NCBI RefSeq assembly: GCF_009914755.1
Contig: NC_060930.1
Reading direction: 5' to 3' (one strand)
DNA: 64,000 nt
DNA from: the human T2T-CHM13v2.0 reference genome, Homo sapiens
Shown here: positions 11,973 through 37,250 of the stretch, piece after piece
How positions within the stretch are numbered: the stretch's first letter is position 1
How the letters are laid out: each line of letters starts with the position of its first letter
Notes under the pieces: model-generated
What the model was told of the DNA's origin: nothing
The model's database searches: none
The model's input: only the letters and a program-made list of their open reading frames with translations
Translations under genes and position numbers: made by a program

Positions 11973-13400
11973 GGCCGAGTGAAGGAATCAGCGGGGTCGG
12001 GCCATGGGGGCGCCTGGGGAGAGACGGGGTGGGGTGGGGGTGGAGAGTCAGGCAGGCGCGGGGGAACCGGGCAGGGAAGGGACGTGGGTGGGTGTCAAGA
12101 AGACCGGAAGGGAGTTCTGCAGGAAGGTTGGGGGAGGGGGCAACAGAAGGGTGGAATAGGGGGGCCCTTGGTGCTGTTGGGGAAGGAGGAGGTCACGAGT
12201 ACGGGGACGCGCAGGGTGCTCAGGCTCTGACCTGCTCGGGAGGGGTGGGGGCAGCGTGGGTCCTGAGCCGCTGTTGCCGTCGGTCTCCGGCCCCGGACCG
12301 AGTCCCCTCCCCGGCTTTTCCGTACCCCCTTGAACCCCCCCGCCGGGCTCCTGGGCCCTCCCGCCCTTTCCGCTCCCCCCCGCGTCCGCCCGCTCCGAGA
12401 GCAGGAGCCAAAAGGGGAAGGAAGTGAGGACAGGAGCCAGGGCCGCGGACTAGGGGAGCGCTGGACGCTCAGGGACCAGGACCCAGGCGCCCGAGTCCCC
12501 AGCTCCACTGTCCTCCGCCTCTACACTCGGGGATTCTGGAGACCACGTCGACCCGCAATGAACTGGAATAAAGATTCCAGTCTCCAGCCCCTGGGGGAAG
12601 GCAGGAGCAGAATTTGACATTCCCTTCCCCAACAATAACACGGCTAAAACTCCCGCGGGAAGCGTTTCAGGCGGAGAGAGAGCCGGTCACTCCATCCCCA
12701 CGGGATTACCCTCCCTACCACAACCCACGAATGTAGCTGACCGAAATCCCGGCCGGGTTTTCCGAAGGGCCCTCGATTCCCGCCCCCTCGGCAGGGGGCG
12801 GGGCAGGAAGCAGCCACATCCGGTTCCAGATTCGGCTCTCAGAGGCTTCCGGCGCCGAGACCGAGATCCCCGTCGGCTCGGTGTATCCTCGCTGGTGGAG
12901 TACCCTCTGCTTGAGCGCATCTCATGCGCCAGTAGTGGCGCCCGCCCCGAACGGTGTCGACGGGGCGTTCTCTGAGCGGTTCAGGGTCACTGGAAGGGAC
13001 CAGAGGTGATTGGAATATTCATTGAGCTTGGAAAGGGGTTGGAATGAGAGAACCGTTTGGAAGCACTGGAATACAGCTTTATTCCTACACGATTAGACCC
13101 GTTACCCCGTGGGTCTGGCCGACCGTCCTGACTCGGAGATCCCTGAGCTGCGCCGCCGCTTCCTTCGTCAACATCCAGCAGCTACTTGATGAGCGCCCTC
13201 CAGTGGGCCTTAGGTCCCTATGCCGGCGCGGGGTTACAGCAGTGGACAGACAGGCCAGTCCCTGTCCTCGAGGAGCCCATGATCCGCGGGGAGACAGGCA
13301 TTTAACGACGACTCACACGATCACTTAAATACAACTGTGGTGAACCGCACAAGAGGGACGCGCGGCGGTCTGCGGGGAATGACGAGGCCGACCTCGTCTG
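11850..13400. promoter_or_regulatory. CpG island / RGL2 promoter and non-coding first exon(s), overlapping the TAPBP 3' end
   Basis: High CpG density, GC boxes, ETS sites; minus-strand donor at 12231 and acceptor at 12013/12014 leading into the RGL2 ATG exon. Confidence 0.8.
13078..13083 (-). terminator. Distal TAPBP polyadenylation signal
   Basis: AATAAA on minus, ~2 kb after the TAPBP stop, consistent with a long Alu-containing 3' UTR. Confidence 0.7.
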
Positions 13401-13742
13401 CGACCCAGGGAGGGCAAGGGTGGACCAGGCAAAGGGAACAGAGGACTGGGACCTGGAGGTGGGCGGGAGGCGTTTGGTTCATTGGAGGAAAGGAATAGCC
13501 CTGTGTGTGATGAGCATTGAGAGGAGGTCTGGCGAGCACCATCTAGGGCTGAAGAACTAGGCAGTGGCTCCAGCGCGGGGCGGTGGGGGGGACAAGTGAG
13601 CCAGGGCAAGAAGAATGGATTTGGCCCTAGAGTACGGGTTCTCCAAATGTAACCTCGGCCCTACAGATCTCTGAGACTATGTCAGGGGGTTTGTGAGATT
13701 TTATAACAAAATTAAGATGTTAGTACAATATCGTGTTTCGCC

Positions 13743-15004
<1,262 letters not shown>

Positions 15005-15121
15005 TCAGTGGAGAGAGATTGGAGGGATTAGGAGCAGATGATAGGGTATTATTTTAGGGAGCTACTACAGAAGCTTGGGCCAGAGATGATGGTGGCTTCC
15101 ACAGGATGGCAGTGAGTGCCC

Positions 15122-27403
<12,282 letters not shown>

Positions 27404-27443
27404 GGCGCTGCGACCTCCTCAGCCATGAAGCCTCCTCTTCCTC

Positions 27444-27461
27444 CTTTCACTTTCACTTTCC
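27444..27461 (-). promoter_or_regulatory. ISRE/IRF-binding element of the TAPBP promoter
   Basis: GGAAAGTGAAAGTGAAAG on minus (tandem GAAANN units) ~40 nt upstream of the ATG; tapasin is interferon-inducible. Confidence 0.85.
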
Positions 27462-27486
27462 TCCAAAGGGCGGCATGAGGGGCGGT

Positions 27487-27496
27487 GGAAATCCCC
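27487..27496 (-). promoter_or_regulatory. NF-kB site of the TAPBP promoter
   Basis: GGGGATTTCC on minus, a consensus kB site next to a GC box and the ISRE. Confidence 0.8.
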
Positions 27497-27797
27497 GCTC
27501 TGGTTAGGTGAAGGTGCCTGGGGGACCGGTGTTTCCCCACTGGCCAGGCAGGGACCCGGGTAGATCCTCTCCAGTTCTCACCAGGACACCCCAGCCTTAC
27601 CGCGCCCTCCTGGACTACCCAGCAGCCCCGAGTTCGAGCCCTCCCCAACCCCAGGCCCTCCCCCGCCCCCCAACTCCTGTGTGTGCTCTCCAACATCCAC
27701 TTGCCCGAAAACCATTACTCCGGCTTCCCCCTATCTGTGCCGCGTCCCCAGCAAACACACGGGTTATCGGGAAGCCAAGTAAATGACCAATAAATAT

Positions 27798-27803
27798 TTT
27801 AAT
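27798..27803 (-). terminator. Probable ZBTB22 polyadenylation signal (ATTAAA)
   Basis: TTTAAT on plus within an AT-rich patch ~570 nt after the ZBTB22 stop. Confidence 0.6.
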
Positions 27804-28373
27804 CACTGTTAAAAAAAATAAAAACCTTGTACTCCTACGACTTACTCCCTCCTTGTCTCCACCCACTCCTCCATGAGAACCGAGTTGGGAATTTCCACGG
27901 GAAGTCGGGGGTGGCGGGGAGAGACAGGGTAGAAATAAAGAGCGCATCCTTGAGAGGGGGTAGGTTCTAGGACAAGGGTGGGGCTCAAAGGCCTTGTCTC
28001 CACGACAACACAAACACAGACTTCAGGCACAGACTACAACCACCTGACCCCTGACCCTGTGACTGCAGGATGTTCAACACGCCCCCTCTCCCTCCCTCCA
28101 TGTGCAATCTACTCTGTGGAGCAGGGGCTTCAGTGTACCCATCAGAGGGAAAGGAAGGGTTTAGTTCTGGAAATACCTTGGGGGGGAGGGGTTGAGTAGT
28201 AGAATGGGCGGGCGATGGTGAAACTGTGGTTCCCCTTCCAGAATATATACAAGTCCACAGAGATAAAGGAAGACAGTAAGTGTGGTGGGAGATCACCCGG
28301 GGGCCACAGCGCCCTTGCATCGTGCTCCTTATTCCCTTTCCCGAAAGCTACCCCACCCCAGTAGCCTGCCCCT

Positions 28374-30278
28374 TCAGTTTGCTCCTCCACCTCCACCGAA
28401 GCCCATCTCCACCTTGTGGACTCTGGGTGGGGACCAGACACGTCTGCTGGACGGGGGCGTGGCCGCACTCGCTTCGTCGCCGCTGCCCCCGCCCACTCCG
28501 GGAGACTCTCTCTTGGACGGCAAGGATGGCCCCGTGGGAGTCCCAGGCCCAGGTACGGCCCCGACCCCGCCCAGGCGGTGCCGGCGCTCACAGTGTCCTC
28601 GGTGGCGCATGAAGCTGTCTCGCCACATGAACTTCTTGGCGCAGACTCCGCACTCGTAGGGCTTGAGACCTGTGTGCGTCTTCATGTGCTCAGTCAGATG
28701 GTGCTTCATCTTGAACTTTTTGTTGCACACGGGGCAGTCAAACGGCCGCAGATTGAGGTGCATGTTCACGTGCCGGTCCCGCATGCTCTTGTGGGAGAAG
28801 GCCTTCCCACAATGGCACAGAAAGATCTTATTCCCGTCCCCACTGCCAGTCCCTCCAGGGACCCCACCAACGCTACCCGGCACACCCAGGCTCCCCACCG
28901 ACGTGCCCCCCACGGTCACTGCCCCGTGTTCTGCTTGGTTCCCTGGTGGTTGGCCAGGAGCCTGTGAGGATGAGGATGAAGACGACGACGGGAAGACCAG
29001 GATCTGGTTGCCCTGCATGTCCAAGGGAAGGAGCGGTCGAGGAGGGTGGGAGGGGGCATAGGAAGAGGGAGTTGGCCCCCCTGAGTCATCAAGACCTGCC
29101 ACAGGACCCCCACCCTCATATGGGCCAAAGTCATTGGAGGACTCACAGAAGTTGACCTGCTCCTCCCCCTTGTCTGGGGGCTCACTCAGGGTACGGACAT
29201 CACTTATGCTGAGGGTAGCCTCAGGCCCTCCCCCCACTGGAACCCTGGAGCTACCCCCTAGTTCTTCATCTTCATCATCCTCACAGGTCAACACCAGATC
29301 TTCCTCCTCCTCTTCCTCCTCCAGATCTGGGTCTTGGGGAACCAGGGGTGTTGGCGCTGGGCAATTACCACCTCGCTTCACGTATACCCAGTGTTTCTGT
29401 GGCATGATGCTAGGGGGTGTGTAGGTGGGTCTCCGGAGCCCAGCCCCAGGAACCACTGCCCCCCTCCCATCCCCACCATCATCGCACAGCTCATCTGCCT
29501 CCAGCAGCAGCTTTCCAGATGTGGCCCCTCCACTGCCAACGACAGGGGCTGGGAATACAGGGCCACCTCCTCGACGCTCCCCACTGCCCACTGCAGAAGC
29601 TGCAAATGCCTCTTGGGAGGAAGATGAGAAATCAGTGGACTCCCTGGGGCTGAAGTAGTTGCTGCTGCTGGGAGATTGATTCTCACTGGCCCGGCTGGAG
29701 GCATGGGAGCGCGCAGAGCCCATGGTAGCAGGGGCCACAGTGCCCCCACTCCCGGATGGCACCCCAGCACCAGGGACAGTGACAGAGGTGGCTGCAGCAG
29801 TAGTGATGGTGGTGGTAGCTGAGGCCCGGCCTTCTCGGAGTAGTTCAGTGCACTTGTCCACAATGTGCCACATTTGGAGCACAGACCCCACTGTAAGGAA
29901 GTTGACAATGTCAGCAGCAGCCATGCTGAGGCGGCCAGTGTAAGCGGAGGCTAGGACAGTCTCAAAGGCGCCTGGGTCCATGACACTGGGCAGCGAGATG
30001 GAGGTCATGCCTTTGAGTAGGACCTGATCATGGAAGTAAGGGGAGGAGGCAGCCAGGACAGCCCGATGAGCCCGGAACTCCCGGCCCTGCACTCTGATAG
30101 ATACATCGCAGAGCTGGCCCTGCAGACGCTGCTGATTGAGGGACTCCAAGAGGGCACTGGTCACCTCAGGGAAGGACACATGTACCACTGCAGCTGCTGG
30201 CAGGGGTAGTGGGGGCGGAGCCAGCGACAGCGGCAGGGGAAGTGCTGCCCCACTGGGAGACAGAGGAGATGGCTCCAT
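28374..30278 (-). CDS. ZBTB22: Zinc finger and BTB domain-containing protein 22, 634 aa, single coding exon
   Basis: Uninterrupted ORF with BTB domain (LNQQRLQGQLCDV...AHRAVLAASSPYF) and three C2H2-type fingers with a TGLKPY linker. Confidence 0.98.
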   Translation of the reverse strand: MEPSPLSPSGAALPLPLSLAPPPLPLPAAAVVHVSFPEVTSALLESLNQQRLQGQLCDVSIRVQGREFRAHRAVLAASSPYFHDQVLLKGMTSISLPSVMDPGAFETVLASAYTGRLSMAAADIVNFLTVGSVLQMWHIVDKCTELLREGRASATTTITTAAATSVTVPGAGVPSGSGGTVAPATMGSARSHASSRASENQSPSSSNYFSPRESTDFSSSSQEAFAASAVGSGERRGGGPVFPAPVVGSGGATSGKLLLEADELCDDGGDGRGAVVPGAGLRRPTYTPPSIMPQKHWVYVKRGGNCPAPTPLVPQDPDLEEEEEEEDLVLTCEDDEDEELGGSSRVPVGGGPEATLSISDVRTLSEPPDKGEEQVNFCESSNDFGPYEGGGPVAGLDDSGGPTPSSYAPSHPPRPLLPLDMQGNQILVFPSSSSSSSSQAPGQPPGNQAEHGAVTVGGTSVGSLGVPGSVGGVPGGTGSGDGNKIFLCHCGKAFSHKSMRDRHVNMHLNLRPFDCPVCNKKFKMKHHLTEHMKTHTGLKPYECGVCAKKFMWRDSFMRHRGHCERRHRLGGVGAVPGPGTPTGPSLPSKRESPGVGGGSGDEASAATPPSSRRVWSPPRVHKVEMGFGGGGGAN

Positions 30279-30779
30279 GTTGTGGAGGGAGGGGATACCC
30301 CCCCAGCCACAGGAACAAAGAAAGGAGGAGGGCGGCCGGGGGGGTCTCTGGGAAGAAAAAGAGAAAAGAATAATGATAACATCTCATAACGACACAGCCC
30401 GTTACAACTCAAAAATATGTTCACGCTCATTATCTGTGTAACTCCCCACAACAGTGAGGTAGGTATTCCTCTCAACCCCATTTGACAGATGAGGAAACTA
30501 AAGCTCAGAAAGATTAAGAGATTATCCAAGGTCACACAGCAAGTGGCAGCGCCAGCAAACACAGGTATCTGACAAATCTTGTGCCCTTTCCTTGGAGGTT
30601 AGAGAAATAAGGTGCTCTTAGGGGCTGGAGTGGCTTCCTTCGGAATTATACCCTATTTCCGACTTACCTGAGAGCCTGACATTCCAAAATCTACCTTTTT
30701 GGTGTTTTGCACCCACTTTTTGGGAGGGGGCAGGGCAGCTCTGCTACTGAAAACCAACGCTTGCTCCATCTCCCCTCAG

Positions 30780-31560
30780 GCTATGCCCCCCAAGCTCTCT
30801 CGCCGACCACGCCCCCTTTCGCCCCAGCTTCTCTAGCCCCGCCCCTTTCCAGGCCCACCCCCCCGTGCCCCGCCCACTATCGGGCCTTTCGACCCCGCCC
30901 CTTGTCTACCTCCGCCCACAACGGACCCCGCCCCCCCCCGCTCCGCCCCAAGCGCTACCTCGGCCTCTTCTCCCACCCGGAAGGCGCCCCCCAACCTCGC
31001 GCGTCCCCGCTTACCGGGCCGCGCGCCCCCGGGCCCCCCCCGCCCCTCACTCGGCGGCCAGAGCAGCAACCTGGGCCCCTCCCGCCGCCATCTTGCGCCG
31101 ACTCCCTCCGCCCTCCGCCTCCGCTCCGCCTCCCGCCCCTCCGCCTTTAAAGGCACAGCCGGGCACCCCGCCCGTGCCGCTGGGCAATACTCGGCCGACT
31201 CGGCCACTTTGCCTTTAAAGAAACATCGCCACATTCCACCTTAAAAGATCAGGTCCCCTCCTCCGCTGGGAGCTCAGGACTTGGTTCGGCCGAAGCATTT
31301 ATTCCCCTTTAAAGCTATAAGCCTGCCTTTTCCCATTGGCGATGGGTCCAGGTATCGTTCCCCAGGCTCCGCCTCTGAGCTGTGACCATTAGCTGGTTGG
31401 TGGGATCTAATCGCCCTCTTCCTAGCTCCTTACAGTCCCACTGAAGCCCCGCCCCCTTTCTCCGGGCCTGGATTGGCTAAATAACCTTGAGTCGGCCCCT
31501 CATTGGCTTTCTCACTCCTACTGCACGAAGTGAAAAAGTAAAGTGCGTTAAGGCGGCTGA
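30780..31560. promoter_or_regulatory. CpG island / ZBTB22 promoter and non-coding exon 1
   Basis: Dense GC boxes, YY1 motif CAAGATGGCGGC (minus, ~31083-31095), several CCAAT boxes (ATTGG ~31335, ~31472, ~31502). Confidence 0.8.
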
Positions 31561-31936
31561 AGCACTTAAAAAAAAAAAAAAGTACTGCCTGAACAACGTG
31601 GCGAAACCCCGTCTCTACAAAAAATACAAACAACAAAAACAAAAATTAGCCAGGCATGGTGGCACGCGCCTGTAGTCCCGGCTACTCGGGAGGCTGAGGC
31701 ATTATCGCTTGAGACTGGGAGGTCCAGGCTGCAGTGAGCTGTGATCTCACCACTGCACCCTGGCCTGGGCGACACAGCGAGACAAAAAAAAAAAAAAAAA
31801 AAAAAAGGCCAGGCTAGAAAGGACAGAGCGGGACTACCCCGGGGATACTGGGCTAACCCTGAGCAAGGGGACAGCTAATGCCAATCTGTAACAGTAGAAG
31901 GACAAGAAAAAGACAGTGATACAGTAAGAAAAGAAC

Positions 31937-31949
31937 TTTATTGTTTATT
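31937..31949 (-). terminator. DAXX polyadenylation signals (tandem AATAAA)
   Basis: TTTATTGTTTATT on plus, ~160 nt after the DAXX stop. Confidence 0.8.
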
Positions 31950-32104
31950 AATGTTTCTGTGTAAAACTTAAGCTTTTTTTTTTTTTTAAAGAAACACCAC
32001 CAAAAGGGGATTAGCTTAGTCCATCCCTTCCTCAGTCATCTGCTTCCCACCTTCCTCCAAATGTTATCCCAGAACATTCTGGAGGCAGGGAGAAGGGGAG
32101 GCAG

Positions 32105-35100
32105 CTAATCAGAGTCTGAGAGCACGATGATCTCTTCTGGATCGCATTGTGTGGCCACACTTGTCTGCAGGGAAGTGAGAGACAAAGAGTCAAAGAGATC
32201 TGGAGTACAGGAGAAAAGAAACAGGAGGATTTAGAGGATAAAATGGGTGGGAAAAAGGAAGAGACAGGATGTGGCACGTGGAATATTCAGACAGAGCAGC
32301 TGAAACAGCCAATGAAAGAGAACAAATTGTCAGAGGAAACACGCCCTCCCCTTCTTACCTTGCAAGTACCAGGCCGAGGAGGCTGTGAATGGGGGGTTTG
32401 GGACAGCCGGGCTGGAGAAGGGATGCAGAGGGAGCTGGTCACCAGGCCATGGCTGGGAGAGTCCACCCTCGTGGAGGAATCAGCAACTGGGGCCAAGGAA
32501 GCCAAGGGGGAAGGTGGGCTGGGCAGGGTACATATCTTTTTCCCATTCTTCTCATGCACTGACCTTTGCCTTTCCACATAGCTAGAAACAGAAACATAAA
32601 TATGTGGAGGGGTACGGGAAGACTGAGGCTGGAGGGGGGCAGTCCAGTCTCTCCCAGCAGACTCAGTTCCCCAGTATTGCTCTCCGAAAGTCCCCTGCAA
32701 TCCCTCCTTGGCTTCCCTCTTCCTCCTCCTCTTGTTATTACCTGTTTCCTAATGGCCCTGATCCTGTTTGCTTCTTCTCCTTCCGAGATTTTTTGCAGGG
32801 GGGACCAGAATCTCCCCAGTTGTGAGGAGAGACGCCTCCATTGAAGGAAGTAGAAGAGACCATGCCTGCTCCATTCTCTAAGACAGTGGTGAAGGGCTCC
32901 TCTGATTGCTTCCTGGAAGAGGAAATGTCCGTCTCCACAGAGGAAGGGGTATCCAGGGGCAAAGCTTCAATCTCTAGCTCAAAGAGCTGAGACACAGGGC
33001 TTTCTTCCTCCAGGGTCAGCTCCTCAGGCTGTTCTCCATTGCTTTCAGCATCTATGCTGGAGGGGGCCAGGGGTTCTTCTGACAGTAACGATGGTGACAC
33101 TATGCGTCCTTTGTTTTGCTGCTCCCCTGAAGATCTGCTGATCTGTTTGCCAGGTTCCAGGTTCTTTTCATTGGAGATCTGTAGTGAGGACATGGGGCTC
33201 TTGTCTCCATCTTTACCTGGAAAAGAAGAAAAGGGGAGAGGGTAGCCTGAGAATGAGGGGGAAAAAATACTGCTGAGAGGACACTAGGAGGAGGAAGGGA
33301 AAGGTTTCAAACAGGTGGCTCATGCCTAACAAAACAGAAATGACAGGTGAGGAGAATGTTCCCTTGACATACCTGCTGCTGCTTCTTCCTCTTCGTCCTC
33401 CTCTTCATCATCCTCCTGACCCTCCTGCATCTGTTCCAGATCCTCCTCCTCTTCAGAATCTGTGGCCTCCTCCTCTTCTTCTTCCTCCTCCTCCTCCTCT
33501 TCCTCATCACTCTCCTCATCGTCTTCGTCATCTGTCTCAGCTCTGGAGGCAGAAGGGCACCCCTGGGATGCCATTCCACTAGGGCCCTGGGAGACAAAGA
33601 AGTTTCTCTAAGGAATCCCTTGCCCCAGAGGGTTTGGTTCTTGCTTTCCTTCTCATGCTCCCCCATCAGTCAACCTGGACTCCCTGGTGGCCAGTGCAGG
33701 GGAAGGACAATGTCTCTCTGAAGGCTGTACCCCATCCACACCTCACCAGAATCCAAGGAGGCTTCGGGGGTGTCTGCAGAGTGGGAAGAGGTGCCTTGGA
33801 GCCGAGCTCTTCTCTTTTTTCTCTCGCCCTCCTCACTTTTGTCTTGCAACATTGCATATTTGGAGATGACCTCATCCAGCCGACTCATGGCCAAACTCCG
33901 GTTTTCCCGAAGGCGCCGGGCCAACACAGGATCTGATAGTGCAGGGTCAACGCCTACGTGGGAAGACATAAAGTCAGAGCACTCAGCCCTTGAAGGGACT
34001 AGAAGAGTAAAAACCCTAGAAAGGACTAGAGAGATGCCCCATCCGCCTCATACCTGACATATAAGGGTCACTGAGAGGCATCCCACCAACCCCCTACCTG
34101 GCCTATAGTCATCTGTGAGGTGGCAGCCAAAGTTGTAGATGAGATCGAGGTGACGTCGCTCCTGTAACCTGATGCCCACATCTCGGAAGGCATCCTGAGC
34201 CATGAGCTGGAGCTGCTGTCGGGGGAGGCCAAGGCTGTGTCGGGCAGCTGCCTTCTCTACAGCCCGAAGCACATCCCCATAGTCAGGGAAGGTATCAGGC
34301 CCTGGCTTGTTGATGAGCCGCTCAATGCGCCTGTTAACCTCTGGGTAGCGGGTGCCACGGTAGGGGATGCGCTGCTCTATGACACGGCCGGTCAGTGAAG
34401 AGCAGTCTTTCAGCTCACATAGTCGCCCAAAGAGGCGGATCAGCTTACGCTTCAACCGTGCCTCCTGCAGGTATGCGGAGTCTGGGTCATCCAATTCTGA
34501 GAGATCCAACTCCTTTTCCTGCAGCCGCCGGATCTCTGCCACATAGAGCGCCAGCAGCTGCTCCAAACGCTGGATCTGCCGCCGGGAACCACGGGTCCTT
34601 GGAGACTGAGAGGCAGTGTTTTCAGCATTTGTGGGGTCCAAGGAGAGGTGTGTGGGAGGGTTATTCCCAGAGGGCTCATTGGAGGTGGTGGCGGCAGGGG
34701 CCAAGTTCAGCTTCTTTTTGGCTGAGTGGGCCTTGAGAACAGTGCAGAGCTCATTGATGTAGACATAGAGCTTGGCTGGCCGGCTCCGGGCCCGAGACAG
34801 GACCCTAGAGAGGATGTTGCAGAACTCCGCCGAGGCCAAAAACAGAGAGTGGGCACGTTGCTGCCGGTTATAGAGGAATGGGACCACCTCAGGGTGGTCT
34901 GCTGTCTGCATCTTACAAAGTTCAAGGAACTAGAAGGTTCAGGGGAAGAAGGAAGGGGAAGAGAGACAAGGGAGGGGGTTGAGAGAAAGGGGAGGTGGGG
35001 TTAGTGGGAAAGAAAGGACAGGAGAACCAGTCAGCCATCCCCCTCCCTGGGGTACAACAATCTTCCCCGCTAAAGCTCACCTCTTCGAACAGCTTCTCAT

Positions 35101-35287
35101 TCTCCAGCTTGTAGCATTTCTTGCCGCCCGAACTACTGCTTCCTCTGGCCCCATGAGGCTCAGAGGAGCTAGGGGCTTCTGCCCCAGGTGAGGCCGCATT
35201 GGGGAGTGGGTGGGAGGGCCCTGGCTGAGCAGCTGCTTCATCTTCGTCATCATCATCCAGCACGATGATGCTGTTAGCGGTGGCCAT
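32105..35287 (-). CDS. DAXX: Death domain-associated protein 6 (histone H3.3 chaperone), 740 aa
   Basis: Exons 35287-35081, 34929-34098, 33953-33742, 33586-33373, 33216-32742, 32581-32359, 32164-32105 total 2223 nt. N-terminal SIM IIVLDDDD, acidic tract, C-terminal SIM IIVLSDSD*. Confidence 0.98.
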
Positions 35288-35959
35288 AGGGGATCAAATC
35301 CCCCGGAGGGAGGAAGTGGTGGGGATTTCAGAATTCCTGCTGGAAGGGGATGGGGCCTCAGAATGAGCCCCTCCAGCATAGCCCCATCCCTTCACCTCAC
35401 ACATTTTCTGAACTCCTTGGGTTTCAGTAACATCCAGCCCTGACCAACACTGTCTTCACCACCTGATTTCAATAACCATTAGTTCTATATGCTTTTTGGG
35501 GCCCTTCAAGTGGTGTGGGGGGGGGGCAAACCACCCCCACACCTTAAGTTGCCACCTTCTGCTCCACCCCTCACGTCGATTTCCGGTCTTTCTGTTGCAT
35601 TTCCCCCCTATTTCTTAGAGTTGGCAAGTTGATTCTTCCTCCCACACTGCACCCCAAATCGTCCTGACACCCCCTTGCACAGACAACACACTCCTGTGGG
35701 CGCCACCTCATGTGTTTGCCCCCTCTGCTCTCAAACAAGTCAACCCCACACCCACCCTATCCTGAATGATCACCCCAACTCCTAGACTCTCTGAGGTGAA
35801 AGAGGTTCCCTCCCAACAGTCCGTTCTCTTTTCTCCTCCTTGAATTATCTCCATATTTCACCCTCCGATGAGTCTCCTCAAACTGGGGCTTTAGGTTGAA
35901 GATATTTTACCCAAGTCCCCTCCCTTTCACCCCACCCTAATTTTCCCCATTCTCTCGGT

Positions 35960-37250
35960 GACCCGTAACTGATCAAAAGTCCCCCCGCACCGCGCTACGC
36001 TCTCGCGATTCCTCTTAGATCCCAACCGTGGGTCCGGCCGGTCCGCTAGATGCGCTTCCCGCCAAATCCCCCTCCCCCAGTTCAGCCCCCGGCCGCTCCA
36101 CTCCCTTTCAGGGACAGGAAGGTACCACAGCTTTCCCCTCAGACTCAGCGCCCAGCTCTCCCCAATACCTCTCCCTCTATATCCCCGCCCCCGCCTCTGA
36201 TCCCCGCACCGTCCGGCCCCCACCTCAGAAACCGTCTCTCGAGGCGACCCTCGCCGCAATTCTCAGAACCTCGCATGGTTCCCTCCGCCTTCCTTCCCAC
36301 TCCCACCGCAGGCCCCACTACGGACCGGAAGTCACAGAGTTTCCGCCTTCATGCAACTAAGCGCCGCCATATTGTCGTACGGAACACAGGCTTCCTGTGG
36401 CCGGAGGTGACAGTAGGCCCGCCCCGCGAACACCTCCAGTGCGGCCCACATAGTCAGCGGTCTCTTCCAGGTCGGAGTTTGTCTCCCCGAACCCAGGCGT
36501 CCCAAAGCAGCTGGGGGCCGCCATTTTGCCGTACGGCACTGGCTACGCCCGGACTCCGGTGCGCAGCCAGTGGAGCTCTTTTCACCCGGTGCTTCTACGA
36601 CTCCGCCAATCAGAAACTTCCTGCCTGGGGCCCAACCGCCGGAGAGTAGCGCGTAGGGAGGACCGAGCCTCGTTTCCAAGGAGGGGCAGGGGAACCGAAC
36701 AGGGTGGATTAGGAATTGGGCTTTCCAAAGCTGTGCAGAGTTTCAGGGAAGGGCAGAAGTCTCTTAAAAGGGAAGTAAAACCTTTTCTTTCAGTTGGGCT
36801 ATTGGCAAGCTATCTGGCCCTGCTTTCCTGTCCCCCAGGTTCCCATTTCCACGGCTTATTCGGCTGACCCAGCCCCTTCCCCTGCAAGGGCGGCGCGCTC
36901 CTTGCCGCTGTCCAGCAGCTGTTTCTACTGCCAGGTGCTGCGTCCCGCGATCGTTATAACACATGCGTACAAATGAGCACAACGCGCCATAAAAGTGTTA
37001 TTGTTATTACTATTGTTGCTGATTTGCTTTTCAAGCTTCACCACAGAACTAATGACCAGCCAGACCGTTGGGACCTGAATGGTTCTTCTCCAGAGGGGGT
37101 CCTCGAAGGGCCGTCTGTGCTGACCAGGTGGCCGTGCTTTGTCGTGGGAGGCCTAGGGTCTGCGGATGGGCGATGATGGGGTGGGGCTTGGAGGAGAGTT
37201 TGTGCAAATTGCCGCTGCGAGGGCTGCTGTGAGGCGAAATGAGGCTCATA
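35960..37250. promoter_or_regulatory. CpG island / DAXX promoter and first exon(s)
   Basis: CCGGAAGT (ETS) ~36326, YY1-like GCCGCCAT ~36363 and ~36517, CCAAT ~36606; minus-strand exon-1 donor at 36223. Confidence 0.8.

Noticed and set aside
28142-29943. Multiple overlapping and antisense ORFs over ZBTB22
   Set aside because: Expected shadows of a long GC-rich coding exon.
36050-36867. Pro/Arg-rich ORFs of up to 199 aa at the DAXX promoter
   Set aside because: Stop-poor CpG island sequence with no coding signature.
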